Positions 17,710 to 26,244 of a stretch of 64,000 nucleotides of DNA are shown in pieces (the first letter of the stretch is position 1; each line of letters opens with the position of its first letter). Source of the stretch: Acidimicrobiales bacterium (GTDB lineage Bacteria > Actinomycetota > Acidimicrobiia > Acidimicrobiales > VFJN01); NCBI GenBank assembly GCA_035296625.1, contig DATHAO010000055.1, positions 8,410 through 72,409 on the forward strand, read 5' to 3'. Both the position numbers and the translations under genes were made by a program. The notes beneath the pieces were generated by a model. That model was not told the origin of the DNA and did no database searches. It worked only from the letters and a program-made list of their open reading frames with translations.

Positions 17710-17919
17710 ATGACCCGACAGAGTAAGTACGCGAACTGGCGCAAGTCGAGCCTGTCCAGCGGCGGCGACAACTGCGTCGAGGTTGCGTTCGCCGTCGACG
17801 GCAGCGTCGGCGTGCGGGATTCCAAGCAGCACGGCCTGGGGCCCGTCCTCGAGTTCACGCCCGGCGAGTGGCGGGCGTTCCTCGGTGGCGTCGCGGGCGG
17901 CGAGTTCGACCGTAACTAG
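17710..17919 (+). CDS. DUF397 domain protein (BldB-like small partner of XRE/WhiJ-type regulators)
   Basis: The translation WRKSSLSSGGDNCVEVAFAVDGSVGVRDSKQHGLGPVLEFTPGEWRAFLGGVAGGEFD matches the DUF397 pattern (W.KSS.S...NCVEVA....V.VRDSK). The ATG at 17710 is preceded by GAGAGGA. Confidence 0.85.
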   Translation: MTRQSKYANWRKSSLSSGGDNCVEVAFAVDGSVGVRDSKQHGLGPVLEFTPGEWRAFLGGVAGGEFDRN

Positions 17920-18283
17920 CAGCTGACCAGGGTCGACGCGAGGGTCGGAGCCTCTGCGCATTGCAGGGCCCGGCCCTCCGTGGCCCCTCGATCGGGCTCA
18001 AGGAAGTCCTTGCGGTCAGTGCCCGTACGGATAGATACTGAGCACAATCTACGAATCTGGACAGTACAGCGGCGCGATTTAATCGTGCCGCTGGTCAGTA
18101 TCTAAGACTTCGCAAAAGGACCAGCACGATGTCCCTCGCGAGCGACACCGGGCCCGCCCCCCGGATGCGGCCCGCATCGGCAGCGCCCGCCGCCGGCATC
18201 ATGCGGGCGTCGGGTCGCCGACATCCAGGGCCCCGCCCACACGCTCACGCCGTAGCCGTGGTCCTAGACGCGGAGCGTCGGCC

Positions 18284-18664
18284 GTGAGGCGCTTCCTGGC
18301 CGCCGCCGGCGTCGCCGCTGCGGCCTACGTGGCCGGCCGCCGCCACCAGCCGCCGGTCCCCGTCGCCGCCGGCCTGGGCTCCTTCGGCGAGCTCTCCGAG
18401 ATCGACCGGCGGCTGAGCGAGCTCGAGCGCACCGCCGACGCCGCGCACATCCCCGTGCCGGCCGCCGCCGTGCGTGCCGATCGGCTCGACAAGCCCTACA
18501 CCGTGTTCCACTACGAGACGCTGGCCAACCAGGTCGCCCACGAGCGCCAGATCGCCGAGCTGCACGGCCGTCTGCGCGAGGTCGAGGGCGCCGAGCGCGG
18601 GGCACGGGTCCTGCGGCTCGCCGATCGATCCGAGCGCATCGTCGGGGGCCGACGCCATGGGTGA
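18284..18664 (+). CDS. Hypothetical protein (N-terminal hydrophobic helix followed by a predicted coiled-coil)
   Basis: Third-position GC is very high when read codon by codon. GGAG lies 8 nt upstream of the GTG start. I recognise no family. The antisense ORF 18245..19606 is Arg-rich junk. Confidence 0.6.
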   Translation: MRRFLAAAGVAAAAYVAGRRHQPPVPVAAGLGSFGELSEIDRRLSELERTADAAHIPVPAAAVRADRLDKPYTVFHYETLANQVAHERQIAELHGRLREVEGAERGARVLRLADRSERIVGGRRHG

Positions 18665-18854
18665 CGCGCTGCGCCGGGCGTGGCGCGGCCTCGTGCGGGC
18701 CCGCGACTGCGGTGCCTCGGGCTGGCGGCTGCGGGTGGGCGCCACCGACGGCAACGGCGGCGCGGTCTGCCCCCTGTGCAGCCGCCACGTGCGGACGCGG
18801 CTCGACGCGGGCGCGCGGCACCGCGTCGAGGTGATCCCCACCCACGCCCCCTGA
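18657..18854 (+). CDS. Hypothetical small Cys-containing protein (65 aa, C-x20-CxxC-x2-H)
   Basis: The ATG at 18657 overlaps the upstream stop in the junction ATGGGTGA, an 8-nt overlap that suggests translational coupling. GC3 is high. The translation is MGDALRRAWRGLVRARDCGASGWRLRVGATDGNGGAVCPLCSRHVRTRLD... Confidence 0.5.
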   Translation: MGDALRRAWRGLVRARDCGASGWRLRVGATDGNGGAVCPLCSRHVRTRLDAGARHRVEVIPTHAP

Positions 18855-18894
18855 CCGCGGCGAAGCCGGCGCGGGCGGGCTGGTGCGCGGGTGG

Positions 18895-19530
18895 TCAGGG
18901 CCCGGTCGGGGCGCTGGCCAGGGTCGGGACCCGGTCGAGGTCGAGGCCGGCGGCCAGCTGGTCGAACGCCTCCTCGATCACGTCGCCCAGGTCGCCGCGG
19001 TCCTCGCGGGCCTGCCAGGCCGTGATCGCCACCCGGGTGGCCCCGAGCGCGGCGCTGACCACGAGCCCCGGATAGGTGTCGAGGTCGGGGTCGAGCCGCG
19101 TACGCCGGGCGATCTCCTCGGCGAGGCCCCGCTCGACCTCGGCGAAGCGCGAGGCGTAACGGGCGGCGAGCGCGGGGTAGCGCTGCAGCAGCCCGTGGCG
19201 CACCCGCCAGTCGCCGGCGCTGGCCTCGAGGCCGTCGAGCACGCTGTGCACGGCCGCCAGCAGGGCATCGAGCGGAGGTTCGTCGGCCGGTCGGGTCAGA
19301 AGGCCGTGCAGCAGGTTCGAGGAGTGGGCGGGGCCCAGGCCGACGATGGCGTCGTCCTTGGAGGCGAAGTAGTTGAAGAACGTCCGGGGCGACACGCCCG
19401 CCGCCTCGGCGATGGCTTCGACGGTCACCCCTTCGGGGCCGTGCCGATCCGCCAGTCGCAGCGCGGCCGACGACAGCGCCCGCCGGGTTTCGGCCTTCTT
19501 CCGCTCTCGCAGCCCCTCGGCCATCCTCAC
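18895..19530 (-). CDS. TetR family transcriptional regulator
   Basis: HTH RERKKAETRRALSSAALRLADRHGPEGVTVEAIAEAAGVSPRTFFNYF. Confidence 0.85.
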   Translation of the reverse strand: MRMAEGLRERKKAETRRALSSAALRLADRHGPEGVTVEAIAEAAGVSPRTFFNYFASKDDAIVGLGPAHSSNLLHGLLTRPADEPPLDALLAAVHSVLDGLEASAGDWRVRHGLLQRYPALAARYASRFAEVERGLAEEIARRTRLDPDLDTYPGLVVSAALGATRVAITAWQAREDRGDLGDVIEEAFDQLAAGLDLDRVPTLASAPTGP

Positions 19531-19922
19531 CGTCCGGTGCTCGTGTGCCCCACGGAGACCCGCTCCGCCCCACTCCCGGCCCGGTTGTAGTCGATGGGGG
19601 CCCCATCCGGGGAGGTGAGCCCGCGGCCGGCGTCGATGGCGGCGAGCGCGGCGGCGGTGAGGGCGGCGTCGACCGGCACCATGTCGGCCGACTCCAAGGC
19701 GCCGCTACGGGTCGATGCTCCGTCGCGCCGAGCCTGGCCCGATGCCGTGCGGAGCGGGACCTCCCGCACCAGCAGCGTGAGGAGGAAGCCGACGACGAGC
19801 ACGGGCACGGCCACGCGGAAGACGCCGGTGATCGCCTCGGCGAACGCCTGGGCCAGTTCGGCCCGCTCGCCGGCCGGGAGCCGGCCGATGTCGGCGGGCG
19901 TCATGTTCGTCGGCCCGGCCAT
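19527..19922 (-). CDS. Small membrane protein resembling the last TM helix and tail of an MFS (EmrB/QacA-type) efflux pump, possibly a 5'-truncated remnant
   Basis: There is one hydrophobic helix (VFRVAVPVLVVGFLLTLLVREVPLR). This pattern is common at MFS C-termini. GC3 is high. The gene overlaps the downstream TetR start by 4 nt. Confidence 0.45.
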   Translation of the reverse strand: MAGPTNMTPADIGRLPAGERAELAQAFAEAITGVFRVAVPVLVVGFLLTLLVREVPLRTASGQARRDGASTRSGALESADMVPVDAALTAAALAAIDAGRGLTSPDGAPIDYNRAGSGAERVSVGHTSTGR

Positions 19923-19939
19923 CTGGCCACGCTACTGCC

Positions 19940-19964
19940 CAAACTTGCAGACGATGCAACTTTG
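19940..19964. promoter_or_regulatory. Inverted repeat CAAACTTGCA-N5-TGCAACTTTG (9/10 match), candidate TetR operator
   Basis: It lies 18 nt upstream of the ATG at 19922, in an AT-richer patch. Confidence 0.45.
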
Positions 19965-20009
19965 TAGGGAGTGCATGTGTTCCCGGTCGGCGGTGGAGGA
20001 TCGGACGGG

Positions 20010-20315
20010 TCAGGCGCCGGGGTCCTCCCCGATCTCGCGCAGGCCGGCGGCCAGGGCGTCCCGCAGGCGGCGGGCGGTGGCCGGAGCCAGATGGGCGGTG
20101 AGGCCGGTGCCGTTGCGCCCGGCCTCCTCGACGTTCAGCTCGACCCGCAGGTCGGCGCAGCCCTCGCAGTCGTCGACCACGCTGACGGCCCATGCCGTGC
20201 GGGCCCGCTCGTCGTCTTCGTCGGGGTGGTCGTCCAGGCCGAAATCGATCGACTTCTTCACGCCCAGAGTCAAGCAGGCGGCGGCAGCCAGCAGGACGCT
20301 TCGCCGATGCTCCAA
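20010..20315 (-). CDS. Small hypothetical exported or lipid-anchored protein downstream of the sensor kinase
   Basis: The N-terminal hydrophobic segment SVLLAAAACLTLG has a weak lipobox-like Cys. GC3 is good. The start lies 33 nt after the kinase stop. Confidence 0.55.
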   Translation of the reverse strand: MEHRRSVLLAAAACLTLGVKKSIDFGLDDHPDEDDERARTAWAVSVVDDCEGCADLRVELNVEEAGRNGTGLTAHLAPATARRLRDALAAGLREIGEDPGA

Positions 20316-20348
20316 CCCCGCTTGGGATCCCCCAAGCCCGATCGGGTG

Positions 20349-22091
20349 TCAGGCCGGCCGGCGCGATCGGTCGGACAGGGCCGACGGCGAGGGAGCCGGG
20401 TGGCCCTGGGCGAGCGCCGCTGCTGGCCGCGGGCGGGCGGGGTCCGCTCCGGCAGGCGGCGCCTGGCGGGGGAGCAGGACCCGGAACGTCGCACCGGCAC
20501 CGGGCGCCGTGTCGACCTCCACCCGGCCGCCGTGCGCGGCGGTGATGGCGGCGACGATCGACAGCCCGAGCCCCGTGCCGCCCTGGGCCCGGCTGCGAGC
20601 GGCGTCGGTGCGGTAGAAACGCTCGAACACCCGCTCCGCCTGGTCCGGCGTCAGCCCCGGTCCCTCGTCGCGCACCTCGACGACCGCCACCTCGCCCAGG
20701 TCGGCGGCCAGCCCCCGGCCCACCCGCACCGTCACCGGCGTGCCGTCCGGCGTGTGGGTGAGCGCGTTGTCGACCAGGTTCGTGAGGACCTGGCGGAGGC
20801 GGGCCTCGTCGCCCGCCAAGGTGACGCCGACTCCGACCGAACCGGCGTCAGGGAAGCCCGGTTCCCGGGCCTGCGCGACGCCGGTTCGGTCCGCGACCTC
20901 GGTCGCTGCGGGCACGGCGCTGGTGGACGCGGCCGGCGTGTCGGTCGGGTCGACCACCAGGCGGATCGTGCGGTCGGGGGCGCGGGTGCGGGCCGCCTCG
21001 ACGGCGTCGGCCGCCACGACCACGAGGTCCACTGGGCCGTGGGCCAGCGGTCGCTGCTGGTCGAGGCGGGCCAGCTGCAGCAGATCGTCGACGAGCAGGC
21101 CCATGCGGGTGGCCTCCGCCTCGACGCGGGCGAGCAAGCGGCTGACGTCGACCGCGTCGGTCACGGCCCCCTGGCGGTGCAGCTCGGCGAAACCCCGGAT
21201 CGAGGTGAGCGGCGTGCGCAGCTCGTGGCTAGCGTCGGCCACGAAGCGCCGCATCTTCTCCTCGGAGCGCCGCGCCGCCGTCTCCGAGATCTCCCGCGCC
21301 CGGAACGCGGTCTCGATCTGCTCGAGCATGGCGTTCAGCGCCCGTCCGAGGCGGCCGACCTCGGTTCCCTCATCCTGGTCGGCGATGCGGCGGGACAGGT
21401 CGCCCGCGGCGATGGCGGCCGCCGTCTCCTCGATCTCGGTGAGCGGGCGCATCGCTGTCCGCACCAGGGTGTACGAGGCGAGGGCGAGGCCAGCGAGCAC
21501 GATGGCACCGACCACCAGGTCGATGTGGAGCAGGTTGCCGACCGTGGCGTCCACCTCGTCGAGGCTCGTGGCGACGAGCAGTGTCGCCCGCCGACCCTCG
21601 AGGGGGGTCGCGAGCACCCGCCACGACGGCCCCCCGCCCGCCGAGTCGACGGTGAAGGGTTCGTCGGCCCGGGCGGCGGCCTGCAGCAGGTCGAGGGCCG
21701 GGAGGTCGGGCGCGCCCTCGTCGCCCCGGAGCGGCGCATTGAACGTGACGATCCGCGCTCCCTCGGCGTCCTGCACGACGGCCTGGAAGTCGCTGGGCAG
21801 GATCTGGTCGCCGGTGCCCTCCTGGCCGGGCAGGCTCGGCTCGCCGGTGAGCCGGCTGGTCGCCGCCCGGAGCTGGTCGTCGGCCCGGTCGACGAGGTAG
21901 CCGCGGAGCAGGCGCACACCGAAGACGCCCGTGAGCGCCAGGCCGAGCGCGGTGAGCGCCAGCAGTGCCGAGATGAGGCGCAGCCAGAGGGGCGACTGCC
22001 GTCGCCGGGCGCGGTGGGCCTCGCCGGACCCGGCCGCCCGGGCCGCGGTCATCGGCACGGAACCGGCGCCGGGGGCGGCGGCCTGGCTCAC
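20349..22091 (-). CDS. Sensor histidine kinase (two TM helices, HAMP, HisKA, HATPase_c)
   Basis: H-box RRFVADASHELRTPLTSIRGF, N-box LRQVLTNLVDNALTHTP, and G-boxes DEGPGL and GGTGLGLSIV. I prefer the GTG at 22091, which overlaps the regulator stop in a GTGA junction. An ATG at 22052 is the alternative start. Confidence 0.85.
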   Translation of the reverse strand: MSQAAAPGAGSVPMTAARAAGSGEAHRARRRQSPLWLRLISALLALTALGLALTGVFGVRLLRGYLVDRADDQLRAATSRLTGEPSLPGQEGTGDQILPSDFQAVVQDAEGARIVTFNAPLRGDEGAPDLPALDLLQAAARADEPFTVDSAGGGPSWRVLATPLEGRRATLLVATSLDEVDATVGNLLHIDLVVGAIVLAGLALASYTLVRTAMRPLTEIEETAAAIAAGDLSRRIADQDEGTEVGRLGRALNAMLEQIETAFRAREISETAARRSEEKMRRFVADASHELRTPLTSIRGFAELHRQGAVTDAVDVSRLLARVEAEATRMGLLVDDLLQLARLDQQRPLAHGPVDLVVVAADAVEAARTRAPDRTIRLVVDPTDTPAASTSAVPAATEVADRTGVAQAREPGFPDAGSVGVGVTLAGDEARLRQVLTNLVDNALTHTPDGTPVTVRVGRGLAADLGEVAVVEVRDEGPGLTPDQAERVFERFYRTDAARSRAQGGTGLGLSIVAAITAAHGGRVEVDTAPGAGATFRVLLPRQAPPAGADPARPRPAAALAQGHPAPSPSALSDRSRRPA

Positions 22092-22852
22092 GGGGCGCCG
22101 CGGGGCGCCCGAAGCACGTAGCCGACCCCGCGCACCGTGTGGATCAGCGGCACCACGCCGCCGCCGTCGAGCTTCCGGCGCAGGTAGGAGATGTACGACT
22201 CGACGATGTTGGCGTCGCCGTCGAAGTCGTAGCTCCACACGTGGTCGAGGATCTGCGCCTTGGACAGGACGCGCCCGGCGTTGACCATCAGGTAGCGCAG
22301 CAGGTTGAACTCGGTCGGCGAGAGCGTGACCTCGCGCCCGGCGCGGAACACCTCGTGGCTGTCCTCGTCGAGCTCGAGGTCGGCGACGGTGAGGTGGGGC
22401 GGGGCCCCGCCGGTGACGGCGCCGGTGCGGCGCAGGATCGCCCGGATGCGGGCGATCACCTCCTCGAGGCTGAACGGCTTGGTGACGTAGTCGTCGCCAC
22501 CGAGCGTCAAGCCGGTCACCTTGTCCTCGTTGGCGTCGCGGGCGGTGAGGAACAGCACCGGCAGCGGTCGGTTGGCCGCCTGCAGGCGCCGCAGCACGAC
22601 GAAGCCGTCGATGTCGGGCAGCATCACGTCGAGCACCACAAGGTCCGGGTGGACGCGCTCGACAGTCTTCACCGCGTCGGTTCCGGTCAGAGCTGTCGCC
22701 ACCGCGAAGCCGGCGAACCGCAGGCTGGCCGCCAGCAGCTCGACGATGTTGGGCTCGTCGTCGACCACGAGCAGGCGGGCCTCCGGCGTGCCGCCGTTCG
22801 TCGGGGGCAAGATGTCGGTCACGGTGGTCCCGGTGGGGTCATGCTGATCCAC
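22088..22852 (-). CDS. OmpR/PhoB-family response regulator
   Basis: Receiver domain LLVVDDEPNIVELL...DLVVLDVMLPDIDG...KPF, followed by a winged-helix domain LSPTEFNLLRYLM...VRGVGYVL. Confidence 0.9.
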   Translation of the reverse strand: MDQHDPTGTTVTDILPPTNGGTPEARLLVVDDEPNIVELLAASLRFAGFAVATALTGTDAVKTVERVHPDLVVLDVMLPDIDGFVVLRRLQAANRPLPVLFLTARDANEDKVTGLTLGGDDYVTKPFSLEEVIARIRAILRRTGAVTGGAPPHLTVADLELDEDSHEVFRAGREVTLSPTEFNLLRYLMVNAGRVLSKAQILDHVWSYDFDGDANIVESYISYLRRKLDGGGVVPLIHTVRGVGYVLRAPRGAP

Positions 22853-22901
22853 GACGGTACTGCTGCGTTGGCGGGCCCATGGGGTCCAGCCTGCGCCGTA
22901 G

Positions 22902-22945
22902 GGCTGTGCACGGGCTGGGCACGACCTGGGAGGACCCTGGGAGCG
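22902..22945. promoter_or_regulatory. Four direct repeats phased at 11 bp in the divergent regulator/HtrA promoter region
   Basis: The units are gggctgtgcac, gggctgggcac, gacctgggagg and accctgggagc. Direct repeats spaced by one helical turn are the typical architecture of OmpR-family binding sites. Confidence 0.4.
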
Positions 22946-23008
22946 ACGTCCAGGATATTCACAGGTGCCGCCCAGTTCCCCCGCAGGCTATGGGGTCAGT
23001 GTGCAGCC

Positions 23009-24640
23009 ATGGCCGAAGAGCTGAGCACCACCGGGACCGGCACGGGTCCCCAGTCACCGTCGCAACCGGTGACCCATGGCGAGCCCGCCGCCCCTCGCGA
23101 GTCCGCCCCGTCGCACCCCGCCGTCCCGCCGTCAGGCGGGGGGATGTCGCCCGGCCGCCCCACGTCGCCGCCGTCGCTCCCGCCCGTGCCGTCCGCCCCG
23201 CCCGCCGCCGGGACGGGCGGCCCGATGGCTCCGGGCGGGGCCACGCCCGTCGGCGCGCCGAGCGGCTTCGGCGCGCCCGACGCTCCAGGTGGGTTCGGCA
23301 CTCCCGGTGGGCCCGGCGCCTCCGGTGGTCCCACTGGTCGCAGCGGCCCCGGTGCCCAGGGTTCCGGCGGCCCGGCGGGCCCTGGCCCCGGCCACGCTGG
23401 TCCGGGCGTCCCTGGCTCCGGCGTCCCTGGTTCCGGCGCCGTCGGCCCCGGGGCTCCCGGCCATGGCGCCGCACCACCTGCACCCCCGGCCCCGGACGCC
23501 GCCCCCGGGCGCCCCACACCCTCCGGCCGGGGCCGCCGGGCCGCGGCCGCGGCCGGGGTGCTCGCCCTCGTGCTGGGCGCCGGCACCGGCGGCGCCCTGA
23601 TCGCCCTGGCGATCGACGACGATCCCGAGCCCCCCGCCGCCACCAGCCTGAACGCCGCAGCGACCGCCCGCGAGGCCGGTTCCTCCGGCGACAGCGAGCC
23701 CGACGAGCCCCTGTCCCAGGTGGCTGACACCGTCCTGCCGAGCGTCGTGTCGATCACCATCGACACGGACCGGGGCGAGGCCCAGGGCTCGGGCGTCGTG
23801 ATCAGCGACGACGGCATGATCCTCACGAACAACCATGTGGCCGCCGAGGCCGCGGGCGACGGCGCGGACATGTCCGTGGCCTTCTCCGATGGCCAGACAG
23901 CGGACGCCGACGTCGTCGGTACCGACCCCGCCAGCGACCTGGCCGTCATCCAGGCGCAGGACGTCAGCGACCTGACGCCCGCCACGCTCGGGAGCAGCGA
24001 CGACCTCCACGTCGGTGACACGGTCCTCGCCATCGGGAGCCCGCTCGGGCTCGACGGCTCGGTGACCTCCGGCATCGTCAGCGCCCTCAACCGGGCGATC
24101 ACCCTGGGCGGCGCCCAGCAGTCGCCGTTCGGCTCGTCAGACTCGCCGACGGCGGTCATCGACGCCATCCAGACCGATGCCGCCATCAACCCCGGCAACT
24201 CGGGCGGCGCCCTCATCAACGCCCGGGGCGAGGTCATCGGCATCAACACCGCCATCGCGTCCACCGCAGGAGGCACGACGGGCCAGTCAGGCAACATCGG
24301 CGTCGGCTTCGCCATCCCCATCGACGAAGCCCGGTCGATCGCCCAGCAGCTCATCGACGACGGCGTGGCCACCCACGCCTTCCTGGGCGTGCAGATCGCC
24401 GACGCCGACTCGAGCGGCGCCCTGATCGGGAACCTCGAGTCCGAGAGCCCGGCTCGCGAGGCCGGCCTCGAGGAGGGCGACATCGTGACCGCCGTCGACG
24501 GCGACGCCGTCAGCGACGCCACCGACCTCACCGCCGCCATCCGGGGCCACGCCCCGGGCGACAAGGTCGAGCTCACCTACACCCGGGACGGCGACGAGAA
24601 CACCGCTCAGGTCACGCTCGGCACGCTCCCCGCCGACTGA
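23009..24640 (+). CDS. HtrA/DegP-family trypsin-like serine protease with PDZ domain and a Pro/Gly-rich N-terminal region plus TM anchor
   Basis: Catalytic triad contexts LTNNHV, SDLAVIQ and GNSGGALIN. A PDZ-like C-terminus follows. The TM helix is AAAAGVLALVLGAGTGGALIALAI. The ATG at 23009 was chosen from within ORF 22139..24640. Confidence 0.9.
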   Translation: MAEELSTTGTGTGPQSPSQPVTHGEPAAPRESAPSHPAVPPSGGGMSPGRPTSPPSLPPVPSAPPAAGTGGPMAPGGATPVGAPSGFGAPDAPGGFGTPGGPGASGGPTGRSGPGAQGSGGPAGPGPGHAGPGVPGSGVPGSGAVGPGAPGHGAAPPAPPAPDAAPGRPTPSGRGRRAAAAAGVLALVLGAGTGGALIALAIDDDPEPPAATSLNAAATAREAGSSGDSEPDEPLSQVADTVLPSVVSITIDTDRGEAQGSGVVISDDGMILTNNHVAAEAAGDGADMSVAFSDGQTADADVVGTDPASDLAVIQAQDVSDLTPATLGSSDDLHVGDTVLAIGSPLGLDGSVTSGIVSALNRAITLGGAQQSPFGSSDSPTAVIDAIQTDAAINPGNSGGALINARGEVIGINTAIASTAGGTTGQSGNIGVGFAIPIDEARSIAQQLIDDGVATHAFLGVQIADADSSGALIGNLESESPAREAGLEEGDIVTAVDGDAVSDATDLTAAIRGHAPGDKVELTYTRDGDENTAQVTLGTLPAD

Positions 24641-24654
24641 ACATCCTTCCCCCA

Positions 24655-24700
24655 CCCCGTCCCCCCGGCCACCGGCTCCCCTCGGTGACCGGGGGACGGG
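24655..24700 (+). terminator. GC-rich hairpin (~17-bp stem, 8-nt loop) downstream of the HtrA gene
   Basis: The arm ccccgtccccccggccaccg pairs with cggtgaccgggggacggg, with one mismatch and one bulge. It starts 15 nt after the stop. There is no U-tract. Confidence 0.5.
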
Positions 24701-24894
24701 CGCGTCACGGGACGGGCGTCGCCGTCCTGGTCGACATCGAGCGGCAAGGCCGTGCCCGTGGCGGTGTGGATGCGCATGGCGAGCGGGCCGACGCGGCGTC
24801 GGAGCCGGGCGATGACGCCGTCGGCGCCCGGACGTCGGACGGCATCCGGTCCGCCGGGTCCTCAGGGACGGGTGTCGTCGTCAGACCTCGTCCC

Positions 24895-25503
<609 letters not shown>

Positions 25504-25755
25504 TCATGCCGCCCCCTCTCCGTCGCCTGTCGTGGCGCTCACCGAGCTGACCGTACGGGAGGTCGGGCCCATGAACGCACCCTTTCGCGTTACCTCCGTG
25601 CGGAATGATGCTGACACTTTTCTGTCCACCCTGGGGTGCGGGCGTCGCCGGTGGGCCGATCCGCCCGTTCTGGGGACCGAGTTGGTTGCCGGCAACCGCT
25701 TCGGTCCCCAGAACGGGGCCGGGGCGCGACGAGGGGCGGGCGACCAGGACCGGGG

Positions 25756-26112
25756 CTAGGAGACGCAGAACTCGTTGCCCTCGGGGTCGGCCATGACGGT
25801 CCAGGCGTGGCCGTACTCGTCCTTGTCCGCGACGCGCCGGGCGCCGAGGCCGACGAGGCGGTCCACCTCGACCTCGCGGTCGTCGGAGGCGAGGTCGACG
25901 TGCACGCGGTTCTTGACGGTCTTGGCCTCGGGCACCTTGCTGAAGAAGAAGCTCGGTCCCGCCGCACCATCGCCGGCGCCGGCCTCTCCGATCGATACGA
26001 AGAAGGGCGTGGGGTCCGGGTCGAGAGGGCGGTCGAGGGCCGCCGACCAGAAGCGTGCGACGGCTTCGGGGTCGTCGCAGTCGAACGTCACGTTGTTGAG
26101 GCGCAGGCTCAT
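25756..26112 (-). CDS. VOC (glyoxalase-like) family protein
   Basis: The translation VTFDCDDPEAVARFWSAALDRPL...VHVDLASDD...GHAWTVMADPEGNEFCV is typical of the Glyoxalase-like domain family. Confidence 0.8.
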   Translation of the reverse strand: MSLRLNNVTFDCDDPEAVARFWSAALDRPLDPDPTPFFVSIGEAGAGDGAAGPSFFFSKVPEAKTVKNRVHVDLASDDREVEVDRLVGLGARRVADKDEYGHAWTVMADPEGNEFCVS

Positions 26113-26244
26113 GGTGGTGTCTCCTCCTGGACCGACTGGTGGATTCTGGGCGCGGAACGGGCCGGGGCGTCGGTCACGTGTTACCCGGGGAGCCTGCCGT
26201 CTCCCCCTGGGGGAGGGTCAACGCCGAGCCGTCGGGGCGGGGCG

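Noticed and set aside
18245-19606. 453-aa minus-strand ORF spanning the small-ORF operon and the TetR gene.
   Set aside because: It is Arg/Gly/Pro-rich. Only the separate frame at 18895..19530 encodes a recognisable TetR, and the plus-strand small ORFs have far better codon statistics.
19971-22121. 716-aa plus-strand ORF antisense to the histidine kinase.
   Set aside because: It has no motifs and an Arg/Gly-rich composition. The minus strand encodes complete HisKA and HATPase motifs.
25585-25625. A GlnR box (gTnAc-n6-GaAAc type) upstream of the P-II gene.
   Set aside because: Only the two a-site-like pentamers (GTCAG, GTAAC) fit. The b-sites do not, and the element lies more than 330 nt from the start codon. 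It is mentioned under the P-II finding but not annotated.
25571-25759. 62-aa plus-strand ORF with a good Shine-Dalgarno sequence (GGGAGG) in the gap upstream of the P-II gene.
   Set aside because: Its third-position GC is atypically low for this genome, the C-terminal half is low-complexity and Gly/Arg-rich, and its end overlaps the VOC gene stop. The evidence is not enough to annotate it.
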